Origin: Solirubrobacterales bacterium
GTDB taxonomy: Bacteria; Actinomycetota; Thermoleophilia; Solirubrobacterales; 70-9
Assembly: GCA_021323175.1 (NCBI GenBank)
Contig: JAJTCK010000002.1
Location: 467 to 64,466, forward strand
Reading direction: 5' to 3'
Length of the DNA stretch: 64,000 nucleotides
The notes beneath the pieces were generated by a model, which was given only the letters and a program-made list of their open reading frames with translations, made no database searches and was not told the DNA's origin. Both the position numbers and the translations under genes were made by a program. Below are positions 10,499 to 20,556 of this stretch, piece by piece; within the stretch, counting starts at the first letter, position 1, and each line of letters starts with the position of its first letter.

Positions 10499-11980
10499 CT
10501 AGACGGTCTCGGCTGCCTCGCCGGCCCAGACCGTGGGGTGCCTGTCCGCCCATGGCAGGGCCTCCTCGAGCTGGCAGGCGACCCGGAGCAGGACGTCCTC
10601 GCGCCCCTGCGGCGCGACCAGCTGTACGCCGGTCGGCAGGCCGTCCTCGGTCGCGTACAGCGGCACCGAGATCGCGGGATGACCGGTGGCGTTGAATAGC
10701 GCGTTGAAGATCGCTGTCTTGCGGGCGCGCTCGATCGCCGACAGCGGGTCCGGCCCGGAGTCGTCGAAGGTGCCAAGCGCCGGCGCGGGCTCCCCCGTGG
10801 CCGGGGTGAGCAGCAGGTCATGGCCCTGCTGGAACCAGCCGCTGACCAGACGGGAGAGGCCCTGGTGGACGGCGACGGCGTTCAGATACTCGCCGGCGCT
10901 CTTCCGCCTGCCCTCCCGCGCGAGCGCCCACGTCAGCGGCTCGACGTCGTCGGGGCCGAGCCGCCGCCCGAGGATGTGACCGAACTGGTCGAGCGACGCG
11001 GCCTGCCCCGCCTGCCAGCGGGTCATGAACGATTCGATCAGGTCCTCTGGGCCACCGGCCTCGGTCGGCGGAACCTGCGGCGTGTCCTCGTCCAGCGAGT
11101 GCCCCAGCTGCTCCAACAGCTTCGCAGCCTTGCGCGCCGACTCCTGGACGCGGGGATCGACCTCCTGCTCGACGAAGGCGTCCACGGTGATCCCGATGCG
11201 GAGCTTGCCCGGGTCCGCTCCAATCTCGTCCGTGTACGGGCGCTCGGGCGCGGGCGCGAAGTAGGGATCGCCGGGGACGGCGCCGTGAACCTCCTCCAGG
11301 ACCGCGGCCACGTCGCGGACCGAGCGCGCCACCACGAGCTCCTCGGTCAGGCCCGACAGCGCGTCGCCGATCAGCGGGCCCTGGGTGGTGCGCTGGCGGG
11401 TCGGCTTCAGGCCCACCAGGCCGTTGTGGCTGGCCGGGATCCGGATTGAGCCGCCTCCGTCGTTCGCATGCGCGACCGGCACGATCCCGGCCGCGACCGC
11501 CGCGCCGGAGCCTCCGCTGGAGCCGCCGGCCGAGTGCCCTGGGTTCCAGGGGTTCCGCGTGGCGCCGTAGGCCCTGGGCTCGGTCGTCGGAAGGATGCCG
11601 AGCTCGGGGGTGTTCGTCTTGCCGATCGTCACGAATCCGGCGTCGCGGAAGCGCACACCAAGGTAGGTGTCCATCGGCAGCCTGAAGTCTGCGTCCTTCA
11701 GCGCCTGCATGCCCATGTGGTACGGCTGCCCGGCGAGCCCGGCTCCCAGGTCCTTCAGCAGGAACGGGACACCCCTGAACGGGCCATCGGGCAGTTCGCC
11801 GGCTGCCTGCTCGCGCGCCTCGTCGTAGAGCTCGTGGATGATCGCGTTGACCTCGGGGTTGACGCGCTCTGCCCGCTCGATGGCGGCGTCGACAAGCTCG
11901 ACCGGCGAGGCCGAGCCGCTTAGCACCAGCTCCCCCTGCGCGGTCGCGTCCATCCGGCTCGGGTCCTGGTCGCTCATCAT
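10499..11980 (-). CDS. Amidase-signature family amidase
   Basis: ORF 10499..12412 trimmed to ATGATG at 11980, with an AAGGAGGAG RBS. Contains GVPFLLKDL and GGSSGGSGAAVAAG..NDGGGSIRIPA amidase-signature motifs. Confidence 0.88.
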   Translation of the reverse strand: MMSDQDPSRMDATAQGELVLSGSASPVELVDAAIERAERVNPEVNAIIHELYDEAREQAAGELPDGPFRGVPFLLKDLGAGLAGQPYHMGMQALKDADFRLPMDTYLGVRFRDAGFVTIGKTNTPELGILPTTEPRAYGATRNPWNPGHSAGGSSGGSGAAVAAGIVPVAHANDGGGSIRIPASHNGLVGLKPTRQRTTQGPLIGDALSGLTEELVVARSVRDVAAVLEEVHGAVPGDPYFAPAPERPYTDEIGADPGKLRIGITVDAFVEQEVDPRVQESARKAAKLLEQLGHSLDEDTPQVPPTEAGGPEDLIESFMTRWQAGQAASLDQFGHILGRRLGPDDVEPLTWALAREGRRKSAGEYLNAVAVHQGLSRLVSGWFQQGHDLLLTPATGEPAPALGTFDDSGPDPLSAIERARKTAIFNALFNATGHPAISVPLYATEDGLPTGVQLVAPQGREDVLLRVACQLEEALPWADRHPTVWAGEAAETV

Positions 11981-12033
11981 CTCCTCCTTCTTCCTTGCGG
12001 CTTCGGCTCTGGGCCGCCCCGACGGCCCCGGGA

Positions 12034-12714
12034 TCACAACAGGTTCTCGAGCCCGACGACGAACCGCTCGGGCATCTCCCCCACTCTCCGCACCGCCAGC
12101 ACGACGCCGGGCATGAAGCTGTGGCGGTCGATCGAGTCGTGACGGATCGTCAGCGTCTGGCCCTCGCCGCCGAAGATGACCTCCTGGTGCGCGACGAGTC
12201 CGGGCAGGCGGATCGAGTGGATCGGCTGATGGACGTCGCCGCCCGCCTCCGCGATCAACTCCGCCGTCCGCTTCGCCGTTCCGGAAGGGGCATCGACCTT
12301 GCGGTCGTGGTGCAGCTCGACGATCTCGCACTGGGGCATGTGCTCGGCGGCCTGACGGGAGAGCTCCATCATCAGGACCGCACCGATCGCGAAGTTGGGC
12401 GCGACGAAGCACTTGGCGTCGCCTGGGGCCGCCTCCACCCGCTGACGCAGCTCGTCCAGATCGAAGCCGGTGGCGCCGACCACCGCATGAACCCCCGCCT
12501 CGACTGCGGCGGCGGCGTTTTGGAGGACGGACTCCGGAGTGCTGAACTCGACCAGCACGTCGGCCGCCTCGAGCGCCTCGGCCAGGGTCTCTTCCAGCCG
12601 CGGGTCGGCCCTGGCGGCCAGCTCCATCCCGTCCGCGGCCTCCACGGCCTCGCAGACGGTCTGCCCCATGCGTCCGGCCGCCCCGGACACGGCCACCTTG
12701 ATCGTGTCGGCCAT
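12034..12714 (-). CDS. dapB: 4-hydroxy-tetrahydrodipicolinate reductase
   Basis: ORF 12034..12819 trimmed to ATG 12714 (MADTIKVAVSGAAGRMG..ELHHDRKVDAPSGTA). Confidence 0.9.
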   Translation of the reverse strand: MADTIKVAVSGAAGRMGQTVCEAVEAADGMELAARADPRLEETLAEALEAADVLVEFSTPESVLQNAAAAVEAGVHAVVGATGFDLDELRQRVEAAPGDAKCFVAPNFAIGAVLMMELSRQAAEHMPQCEIVELHHDRKVDAPSGTAKRTAELIAEAGGDVHQPIHSIRLPGLVAHQEVIFGGEGQTLTIRHDSIDRHSFMPGVVLAVRRVGEMPERFVVGLENLL

Positions 12715-12778
12715 GGTCGCGAAGCCTAGTGCGAGAGCCCGATGTGGCTCGCCCCGCCGAATAGAGTCGCGGCCAGCG

Positions 12779-14194
12779 GTGGCGGCGCGAGCCCTCGACT
12801 TGGTCCGGCGCGAGTACATCCTGGTCTTGATCGCCGGTGGCTACGTCCTGTTCCGGGTGGCCGGGTTCGCGGAGGCCGAGCCCGAGACGTTCATCGATAC
12901 GAGCTCCTATGAGCGAACGGCTGATCAGCCCCTCACCAGCCAGGATTTCCTGGCGGGAGCCCGCGCGCCGACGCTCCCATTGCTCTACGGGATGGTGACG
13001 GGAGACGAGGCGAGGATCTGGATGCAGCTGGGGATCTCGATCGCATGCTGGCTGGCCCTGGCCGGGGTGGTCGCCGCGGCGATCCGAGACCGGGTCCTGC
13101 GGCCGCTCGCGTTCGGCGCCGTCCTCCTGTTCGCACTGGCCCCCGAGATCGTGTTGTGGGATGCGGCGCTACTGTCGGAGTCCGTTTCGTTGTCCCTGAC
13201 CGCGGCACTCGTCGCCGCCTGGATCCGGGCGCTGGGACATCCCTCCGCCTGGGCTTACGGGCTGGTCCTGGCCGTCTCGGCGGCCTGGGCACTCGTGCGT
13301 GACCCTCACGCCTACGTGGCTGCCGGAATCGGTCTGGCGCTGGCCGTGTCGATACTGCTCGTTCGCGTCGGCGGCGGTCCCCGCCGGATGTGCGCCGTGG
13401 CCTCGGCGGGGCTCGTCCTGATCGCAGCAATCGGCGTCTGGTCCGGGACGTCTCACTTCGCGCGCTGGGCGTATCCACTCCAGAACGTCTTCTCGCTGCG
13501 GATCGCGGACGAGCCCGGCCAGCTCGCCCACTTCCAGGACGCAGGGATGCCGGTCAGCCCGGAGCTCCTGGAGGCGATGCGGGTGCACCGGGAGACCGGC
13601 CAGATCGTGCTGGAGCACCCGCCCGGATACGACACCCCCGCCGCCCTCGAGCAAGCGACACCGTTTCACCGCTGGCTGCTGACCGAGGGACGCGGCGCGT
13701 ACACGCGATTTCTTCTCACCCACCCGGCCGTGGTGGCCGCGGGATTCGGCTACCTGGGCGAGACGCTGCTCGACCCCGAGCTGATCCACTTCACCCCGGA
13801 CTCCTCGGCCTGGGACGCCGAGCCCAGCGCCGCCGTCTACCCCAGGCGCAAGGTCCCGCTCCTCGTCCTGCTCCTAGGCGCGGTGACGGCCGCGCTCTGC
13901 GTCGGCCTTCGCAACGGCCCCCGCAGAGAGTGGTGGGCCCCGGCGTTCCTGATCGCATCCTCGGTTCCCTTCGCGATCCTGGTCCACCACGCCGGTGCCC
14001 TGGAGCCGGACCGCCATGGGCTGGTTCCCTCGGTCTTCTTGCGCCTGGGAGCGCTCCTCCTGCTCCTGTTCGCGATCGATCACCGGCTCCGCGCCAGAGC
14101 CGACGGACACGCGCCCGGCCCCCTACGACCGGCTGAGGGCAGCCGGGGTCGCGAATCCCGCCGCGCTCATGGCGAAGCGAGAGCGAGCTCGTAG
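12779..14194 (+). CDS. Polytopic integral membrane protein of unknown function
   Basis: ORF 12539..14194. The 5' part overlaps dapB, so the start was moved to GTG 12779 (TTG 12800 is an alternative). Many hydrophobic helices plus one soluble loop, with no recognisable catalytic motif. GC3-rich frame. Confidence 0.6.
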   Translation: MAARALDLVRREYILVLIAGGYVLFRVAGFAEAEPETFIDTSSYERTADQPLTSQDFLAGARAPTLPLLYGMVTGDEARIWMQLGISIACWLALAGVVAAAIRDRVLRPLAFGAVLLFALAPEIVLWDAALLSESVSLSLTAALVAAWIRALGHPSAWAYGLVLAVSAAWALVRDPHAYVAAGIGLALAVSILLVRVGGGPRRMCAVASAGLVLIAAIGVWSGTSHFARWAYPLQNVFSLRIADEPGQLAHFQDAGMPVSPELLEAMRVHRETGQIVLEHPPGYDTPAALEQATPFHRWLLTEGRGAYTRFLLTHPAVVAAGFGYLGETLLDPELIHFTPDSSAWDAEPSAAVYPRRKVPLLVLLLGAVTAALCVGLRNGPRREWWAPAFLIASSVPFAILVHHAGALEPDRHGLVPSVFLRLGALLLLLFAIDHRLRARADGHAPGPLRPAEGSRGRESRRAHGEARASS

Positions 14195-14202
14195 GGCGCG
14201 AC

Positions 14203-15504
14203 TCAGGCGGGAGCAGCGGCGAGGGACTCGTTGATAGGCGCCAGGGCGGCGCGGAAGCGGTCCTCGGAGGGAGCGATGGCCGCGGCGGCCAGCTGGTCGG
14301 GCGCGTAGAGCTCATCGGCCAGGGCAGCGACATCGTCGAGGGAGACGGCATCAACGCGGCCAATCATCTCGTCGAGCGTCAGCAGGTCGGTCCCGAACAG
14401 CACGGCTTTGCCGATGCGGGACATCCGGGCGGCGGTGGATTCCGACGAAAGCACGAGCCGCCCCTTGACGTGCTCCTTGGCGCGCGTGAGCTCTTCTTGG
14501 GTGATGCCCTCGGAGTGGATGGACGACAGCTCGGCGGCGATGACTTCGCACGCCTCCTCGATGTTGTCCTCGCGCGTCCCGACGTACAGGCCGATCAGAC
14601 CTCCGTCCGCGAACTGCTGCGTGTAGGACCCAACCGCGTACGCCAGACCCCGCTTCTCGCGGACCTCGCGAAAGAGCCGCGAGGAGGTGGACCCGCCGAA
14701 GACCGTGTCCAGGATCGCGAGGGCGTGGCGCCGGTCGTCCCCGCGCTGGATTCCCGGGCCGCCCAGGGTGACGTGGTACTGCTCGGTGTCCTTGCAGTGA
14801 AAGCCAACCCGGGCCTGCGGCTCGGGAGCGGCGCCGTCGCTGTGCTCTGCGCTCGGCGCGGGATCCCTGGACTCCACGTGCTGGCGGGTCAGCTCGACGA
14901 TCTCATCGTGGGACAGGTTGCCGGCGGCCGCCACGACGATGTTCGACGCCGTGTACCGTGCGCGGTGGTAGGCCTTGATGTCCGGAACCGGAATCGAGCT
15001 GATCACCTCGGCGGCGCCGAGGATGCGGCGTCCGAGCGGGTGCTCGCCGAAGATCGCCTCGTCGAGCACGTCGTGGACGCGGTCCGATGGCTCATCCTCG
15101 TACATGGCGATCTCCTCCAGGACGACCTCGCGCTCCGAGTCGATGTCGGGGTAGGTCGGTCCGAGGAGCATCTCGGCCAGCAGGTCGAAGGCCTGATCGG
15201 TGTGGGTGTCCAGGAGCCGGGCGTGCAGCTGGGTGGACTCCTTGCCGGTGGCGGCGTTCACCGAGGCGCCCATGCCGTCGAAGATCTCGGCGATCTCGAT
15301 TGCCGAGTGGCGCTCGGTGCCCTTGAAGAGCAGGTGTTCCAGGAAGTGCGAGACCCCGGCCTGAGCCGGGGTCTCGTCACGAGAACCTGTCCTCACCCAG
15401 AGCCCGAGGGCGACCGATCGCACCGACGGAACGGCCTCGGTGACAACTCGGATGCCCGAGCTCAGCTCGGTCACCTGGGCGCCCTGGGAGCCGGAGTCGC
15501 TCAA
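14203..15504 (-). CDS. M16-family zinc peptidase (PepR-like)
   Basis: ORF 14203..15504. Inverted zinc motif HFLEHLLFKGT. Start overlaps the pnp stop by 4 nt. The pnp-pepR pairing is typical of actinobacteria. Confidence 0.9.
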   Translation of the reverse strand: MSDSGSQGAQVTELSSGIRVVTEAVPSVRSVALGLWVRTGSRDETPAQAGVSHFLEHLLFKGTERHSAIEIAEIFDGMGASVNAATGKESTQLHARLLDTHTDQAFDLLAEMLLGPTYPDIDSEREVVLEEIAMYEDEPSDRVHDVLDEAIFGEHPLGRRILGAAEVISSIPVPDIKAYHRARYTASNIVVAAAGNLSHDEIVELTRQHVESRDPAPSAEHSDGAAPEPQARVGFHCKDTEQYHVTLGGPGIQRGDDRRHALAILDTVFGGSTSSRLFREVREKRGLAYAVGSYTQQFADGGLIGLYVGTREDNIEEACEVIAAELSSIHSEGITQEELTRAKEHVKGRLVLSSESTAARMSRIGKAVLFGTDLLTLDEMIGRVDAVSLDDVAALADELYAPDQLAAAAIAPSEDRFRAALAPINESLAAAPA

Positions 15505-17759
15505 CGGCGCTCTCTGCGGCCGCGATCGCCCCTGTCGCCACGGCCGCCGCGTCCGCCACGGTCGCCGCCACGACCCCGGTTGCCATCACGACGGGGCGGG
15601 CCGGGGTCACCGGTGCCGACCTTGGCCAGCTCCTCGGCGGACTTGCCCGACACGTCGGGATCCTCGGTCAGACGCAGGCCGATGCGGCCGCGCTCCTTGT
15701 CGATCTCGACCACGGTGACGTCGATCTCGTCGCCGCTGTTCAGCACGTCCTCGACCGCCCCGACCCGCTCACCGGGCTTGACGTTGGAGATGTGCAGCAG
15801 GCCGTCGGTGCCCTTGGTCAGCTCGATGAAGGCGCCGAAGTTGGTCGTCTTCACGACCTTGCCGGTCGTGTAACGGTCGCCGATCTCGGCCTCCTTGGTG
15901 ATCGACTCGATCTTGGCGACGCAGGCGTCGACGAGCTGGCCGGTGGGCGCGTAGACGCGCACCGAGCCGTCGTCCTCGACGTCGATCTGGGCCTCGAACT
16001 CCTCTGAGATCGCCCGGATCGTCTCGCCGCCCTTGCCGATCAGCGCGCCGATCTTCTCGGGGTCGATGTGGATGGTCGTGATCCGCGGCGCGTACTGCGA
16101 GAGCTCCTCGCGCGGCCCGTCGATCGCCTCGGCCATCTTGCCGAGGATGAACAGACGGCCCTTGCGAGCCTGCTCCAAGGCGTCGGTGAGGATCTCGAAC
16201 GTGACGCCCGTGATCTTGATGTCCATCTGCAGGGCGGTGATCCCGTCCTCGGACCCGGCGACCTTGAAGTCCATGTCGCCCAGGTGGTCTTCGACGCCCG
16301 CGATGTCGGTGAGCACGACGTAATCGTCGCCCTCCTTGATCAGGCCCATGGCCACGCCTGCGACGGGGTCCGAGACGGGGACCCCGCCGGCCTGCAGGGC
16401 CATCGAGGACGCGCAGACCGACCCCATCGACGAGGAGCCGTTTGATTCCAGCGTCTCGGAGACGACCCGCGTCACGTAGGGGAACTCCTCCAGGTCGGGG
16501 ATCGTCGGCTGCAGGGCGCGCTCGGCGAGCGCGCCGTGGCCTATGTCGCGGCGCTTCGGGCCGCGCATGAACCCCGCCTCCCCGACCGAGTACGGCGGGA
16601 AGTTGTAGTGATGCCAGAAGGTCTTGGTCTCCTGGAGGCCCAGGTTGTCGACCTTCATGTCCATGCGGGTCGTTCCGAGCGCGACCACGGAGAAGATCTG
16701 GGTCTCCCCCCGCGTGAACAGCGCCGACCCGTGGGTCCGGGGAGCGATGTCGACCTCGGTCTCGATCGGGCGGATCTCGTCGGTGGCGCGGCCGTCGGGA
16801 CGCTTCTTGTCGACGGCGATGCGCTTGCGAATGATGTCCTTCTCGATCTTCGCGAAGGCGGCCTTGACCTGGCTGGCACGCTCCCGGTCAGCCTCGTCGT
16901 CCTCACCGCCGGGGGCGAACTGCTCGAGTGCCTCCTCCTCGACGGCGTCGATTGCGTCCTGGCGCTCGAGCTTGGCGACGATCTGCGTCGCGTCGTCGAG
17001 CTTGCCGCCGAGCGCGCCCTGGATCAGGGACATCAGCTCCTCGTCGACCTGGGGCGCCTCGATCTGGATCTTTTCCTTGCCGACCTTGTCCTGGAGCTCC
17101 TGGAAGGCGGCGGTCAGCTTCTTGATCTCACCATGCGCGATATCCAGGGCGTCGAGGATGTCCTGCTCGCTGACGCCCGAGGCGCCGGCCTCGACCATGA
17201 GGATCGCCTCGTCGGTCCCAGCGACGATCAGGTCCAGGTCCAGGTCCTCGTGGGTCTCCTCGTCCGGGTTGACCACGAAGTCGCCCTCGAGCTTGCCGAT
17301 CCGGACCGAGCCGACGTGCTTGGCGACGGGGATCTCCGAGATCGCGAGCGCGGCGGATGCCCCGTTCATCGCGAGGATGTCGTAGGGGTTGACGTGATCC
17401 ACCGACATCGGGGTGGACACGAGCTGGGTCTCGCGGTGCCATCCCTTGGGGAACAGCGGGCGCAGCGGCCGGTCGATCATGCGAGCCGTGAGCGTCGCCT
17501 TCTCGCCCGCTCGCGCCTCGCGGCGGAAGAAGCTTCCGGGGATCTTGCCCGCGGCGTAGTGGCGCTCCTCGACGTCGACGGTAAGGGGTAGGAAATCCAC
17601 GTCGCGGTCGTTGCCGGCTGTGGCGGTGCAGAGGACCATCGTGTCGCCGGCGCGGACGACGACGGATCCGCTCGCCTGCTTGGCGAGCTTCCCGGTCTCG
17701 AAGGAGATCTCCTTGCCTCCAACCTCCGCCGAGACGCGGGTGACTTCGAACATGCTCAT
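15501..17759 (-). CDS. pnp: Polyribonucleotide nucleotidyltransferase (PNPase)
   Basis: ORF 15501..17759, 752 aa. Two RNase PH domains, KH and S1 domains, and an Arg/Gly-rich tail. GGAGGAG RBS. Confidence 0.97.
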   Translation of the reverse strand: MSMFEVTRVSAEVGGKEISFETGKLAKQASGSVVVRAGDTMVLCTATAGNDRDVDFLPLTVDVEERHYAAGKIPGSFFRREARAGEKATLTARMIDRPLRPLFPKGWHRETQLVSTPMSVDHVNPYDILAMNGASAALAISEIPVAKHVGSVRIGKLEGDFVVNPDEETHEDLDLDLIVAGTDEAILMVEAGASGVSEQDILDALDIAHGEIKKLTAAFQELQDKVGKEKIQIEAPQVDEELMSLIQGALGGKLDDATQIVAKLERQDAIDAVEEEALEQFAPGGEDDEADRERASQVKAAFAKIEKDIIRKRIAVDKKRPDGRATDEIRPIETEVDIAPRTHGSALFTRGETQIFSVVALGTTRMDMKVDNLGLQETKTFWHHYNFPPYSVGEAGFMRGPKRRDIGHGALAERALQPTIPDLEEFPYVTRVVSETLESNGSSSMGSVCASSMALQAGGVPVSDPVAGVAMGLIKEGDDYVVLTDIAGVEDHLGDMDFKVAGSEDGITALQMDIKITGVTFEILTDALEQARKGRLFILGKMAEAIDGPREELSQYAPRITTIHIDPEKIGALIGKGGETIRAISEEFEAQIDVEDDGSVRVYAPTGQLVDACVAKIESITKEAEIGDRYTTGKVVKTTNFGAFIELTKGTDGLLHISNVKPGERVGAVEDVLNSGDEIDVTVVEIDKERGRIGLRLTEDPDVSGKSAEELAKVGTGDPGPPRRDGNRGRGGDRGGRGGRGDRGDRGRRERR

Positions 17760-17896
17760 CTCGTATGTACTCCTCCAGCCGCCCGGATGGCGGCTCTTTG
17801 CTTAAGAACTCTCGTTCTCTGTCCCGCGCGATGTTAGCGGCACTGCTGGCCTCCTTTTCCAACCTGCCTGCAATCTGCGCATGAAGCGCGACGTGC

Positions 17897-18391
17897 CTAT
17901 GTGGTCAACCCCCGCAGTCCCGCCTCGACCTCGCCCGGGAGCGGGGCGCCCTCAGCGAATGCGGCGGGCGTTCCTGCGACGCCGGCGCGGACGCCGCTGC
18001 GAAAGTCGCGCTGGACGCGCTCGGCGACCGCACCGGAGCGCCGGTCGGACTGGAAGCGGTCCAGGTCGAGCCCGAAGCGCTCGGCGCGCTCCCACAGGTG
18101 CGGGTCGTCCACCCTACCCCGCTCCGCGAACAGGGAGTCCGCCATCTCCCACAGGGCGCCCTGGCCCGCAGCGGCCTCTGCGGCTGCGTGCAGGGCCGGC
18201 GAGCGCGGGTGCTTGGAGGTCATCGGGAAGTGGCGGAAACACAGTTCCAGTGGCAGCTCGCGGATCCGCGGCCACACCGCGGCGCACGCCGGGCACGCGA
18301 GGTCGATGTAGACGATCGCCTCGGGGCCGCGCCCGGTGACGTGGTCGTCGGCCCGGAGCGGTGGGACCGCGGCGCTCGTCAGCTCATCCAT
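17897..18391 (-). CDS. DsbA-like thioredoxin-fold oxidoreductase
   Basis: ORF 17897..18460 trimmed to ATG 18391 (MDELTS). CPAC redox motif (IDLACPACA). Overlaps the upstream gene's stop by 8 nt. Confidence 0.75.
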   Translation of the reverse strand: MDELTSAAVPPLRADDHVTGRGPEAIVYIDLACPACAAVWPRIRELPLELCFRHFPMTSKHPRSPALHAAAEAAAGQGALWEMADSLFAERGRVDDPHLWERAERFGLDLDRFQSDRRSGAVAERVQRDFRSGVRAGVAGTPAAFAEGAPLPGEVEAGLRGLTT

Positions 18392-18776
18392 GCTCCACTC
18401 CGGCGGCGGCGAAAGCCTCCTCGGCGGAGTCGAACGGGCGGATCCGGACCAGCTTCCCATCCCTCATCTCCTGCACGTAGTGGATGACGCGGTCCACCTC
18501 GATTCCGCTGGCGCCGCCCCGTCCCCGGAACCGGACCCGTTCGATCAGCACGTCGTCGGAGTCGTGCAGGAGCTCCTCGCCCTCCAGTGTGAGCTCGTCC
18601 CAGGCACCCCTGAACGCGACCCACAGGTCCCTGACCTCGTCGTGGCCCAGGAACACCGTTTTCTCCGGGGGCAGATCCGGGAGGCGGAACGCGAGATGCC
18701 ACTCGACCTCCGGGTGGATCTCTGCGAGCCCGGCATCCAGGTCCCCCCGGCTGAAGGCCTCAAATCCGCGCCGCAT
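18384..18776 (-). CDS. SnoaL/NTF2-like fold protein
   Basis: ORF 18384..18776. MRRGFEAFSRGDLDAGLAEIHPEVEW is typical of ketosteroid-isomerase-like/SnoaL small proteins. Confidence 0.65.
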   Translation of the reverse strand: MRRGFEAFSRGDLDAGLAEIHPEVEWHLAFRLPDLPPEKTVFLGHDEVRDLWVAFRGAWDELTLEGEELLHDSDDVLIERVRFRGRGGASGIEVDRVIHYVQEMRDGKLVRIRPFDSAEEAFAAAGVEHG

Positions 18777-18823
18777 CGCCGCGGCGTTCGCGGAGATCCC
18801 CGCCTCACTCCCCCGTTCGGGGC

Positions 18824-19276
18824 TCAGGCGGCGAGGGCGTCGAATATCAGGTTCGCGCCCGGGATCTCCAGCGGTGTCGGGCTCGCGTGCGACCAGGCCA
18901 CGATACCCCGCTCATCCACCAGCACGAGCGAGCGGTTCCCGTGCCCGACCTTCTCGATCCAGGCGCCGTAGGCCCGCGACATCGCGCCCTTCGGATGGAA
19001 GTCGGACAGCAGGGGCATCGTCAGGTTCAGGCGCTCCCGGAAGGCCGCGTGGCAGTAGGGCGAGTCCACGCTGACGCCGACGAGGGTGGCGCCCCGCTGG
19101 TCCAGCTCGGCGAGCACCTCCTGGTAGAGGCTGAGCTGGTCGGTGCAGACCGGGCTGAAGTCCAAGGGGTAGAAGGCGATCACCAGCTTGCGGCCGGCGA
19201 AGTCGCCGAGCGATACGTCGCGCGCGTCCTGATCGGGAAGGGTGAAGGCCGGGGCCTGCGAGCCGGGCTCGATCAC
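18824..19276 (-). CDS. Peroxiredoxin (AhpC/TSA family)
   Basis: ORF 18824..19276. FYPLDFSPVCT peroxidatic-Cys motif. Confidence 0.88.
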   Translation of the reverse strand: MIEPGSQAPAFTLPDQDARDVSLGDFAGRKLVIAFYPLDFSPVCTDQLSLYQEVLAELDQRGATLVGVSVDSPYCHAAFRERLNLTMPLLSDFHPKGAMSRAYGAWIEKVGHGNRSLVLVDERGIVAWSHASPTPLEIPGANLIFDALAA

Positions 19277-19294
19277 GTGGCCCCCCCGCGTCGG

Positions 19295-19564
19295 CTAGCG
19301 GCGCAGGCCCAGCTCGGCGACCAGCGAGCGATAGCGCTCGAGGTCGCTGCTCTCGAGATAGCGGAGCAGCCGCCGGCGGCGCCCGACCATCTTCAGCAGC
19401 CCGACGCGCGAGTGGTGGTCCTTCGTGTGGGTGCGCAGGTGCTCGGTCAGGTCGTTGATCTGCTCGGTGAGCAGGGCGACCTGGACCTCGGCCGAGCCGG
19501 TGTCGCCGTCGTCACGCCCGTACTTGCCGATCAGCTCGGCTTTCCTGTCCTTGGGAAGGGGCAT
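19295..19564 (-). CDS. rpsO: 30S ribosomal protein S15
   Basis: ORF 19295..19564, 89 aa. [42 protein letters not shown]. Confidence 0.97.
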   Translation of the reverse strand: MPLPKDRKAELIGKYGRDDGDTGSAEVQVALLTEQINDLTEHLRTHTKDHHSRVGLLKMVGRRRRLLRYLESSDLERYRSLVAELGLRR

Positions 19565-19628
19565 CTCGCTCGCGACAGGGTAGCGGCGCTCGCCGCGGAG
19601 CGGTGCGACGCGCCCTCTCCGTCGGCCG

Positions 19629-20549
19629 CTATGGCCGGTAGGTCGCGCAGATCGCGCGGGCGCGCTCGACGTCCTCTTTCATCGCCTCGATCAGCCGCTC
19701 GGCGCTGTCGAAGCGCCTCTCGCCGCGCAGGCGCTCCACGAAGGCGACTCGCAGGTTCTGGCCGTAGAGGTCGCCCCTGAAGTCGATCAGGTAGGACTCG
19801 ATCAGCAGGCCCCGACCCGTTTCGAAGGTCGGGCGGATCCCCACGTTCACCGCCGCCGGGTGACCGTTGGCGAATCCCACGTTCACCGCTGCCGGGTGAC
19901 CGTTGGCGAATGCGGCGTACACCCCGTGGCCCGGCACCACGAGCGCGTCGTCGGGGACGATGTTCGCGGTGGGGAAACCCAGCTCGCGACCGCGCTGGTC
20001 ACCGGTCACGACTTCGCTCTCCATCATGAACGGCGCGCCGAGGCAGCGCATGGCCTGCTCGACCTCGCCCGCGGCGACCAGGCCGCGCACCCGGGTCGAG
20101 GACACGGTCTCGCCGTCCACCTCCACCAGCGGGACGACCCGCGTCTCGAAACGCTCATCGGCGCGCAGCATCTCCACGTCCCCCTTTGCCTTCGCTCCGA
20201 ACCGGAAGTTCTCGCCCACGGAAACCCGCTTCGCTCCGAGCCGCTCCACAAGGACGGTCTCGACGAAGTCCTCCGCGCTGTGCTTCGAGAACTCCCGGTC
20301 GAAGGGGATCACCACGAGCTGCTCGACCCCGAGCCCGTCGATCACGTCTCGCTTCACCTCCGGGGTCATCAGGAGCTTCGGCGCCACCTCGGGATGGATC
20401 ACGGTCAGGGGGTGCGGGTCGAAGGTCAGCACCGTGTCGGCGTCGTCGATCACGGCCTGGTGGCCCAGGTGGACGCCGTCGAAGGTCCCGATCGCGACAT
20501 GGCGATCCCGCGGCTCGGCGTCGTGGAGTTGAGTGACCTTGATGCTCAT
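19629..20549 (-). CDS. ribF: Bifunctional riboflavin kinase / FMN adenylyltransferase
   Basis: ORF 19629..20804 trimmed to ATG 20549 ([31 protein letters not shown]). Contains an in-frame 12-aa tandem duplication (see repeat feature). Confidence 0.92.
   Translation of the reverse strand: MSIKVTQLHDAEPRDRHVAIGTFDGVHLGHQAVIDDADTVLTFDPHPLTVIHPEVAPKLLMTPEVKRDVIDGLGVEQLVVIPFDREFSKHSAEDFVETVLVERLGAKRVSVGENFRFGAKAKGDVEMLRADERFETRVVPLVEVDGETVSSTRVRGLVAAGEVEQAMRCLGAPFMMESEVVTGDQRGRELGFPTANIVPDDALVVPGHGVYAAFANGHPAAVNVGFANGHPAAVNVGIRPTFETGRGLLIESYLIDFRGDLYGQNLRVAFVERLRGERRFDSAERLIEAMKEDVERARAICATYRP
19840..19911 (-). repeat. 36-bp x2 in-frame tandem duplication inside ribF ([12 protein letters not shown] x2)
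   Basis: 19840..19875 and 19876..19911 are identical except for one C/T difference, which is a synonymous Ala codon. Confidence 0.9.
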
Positions 20550-20556
20550 GACCGGA

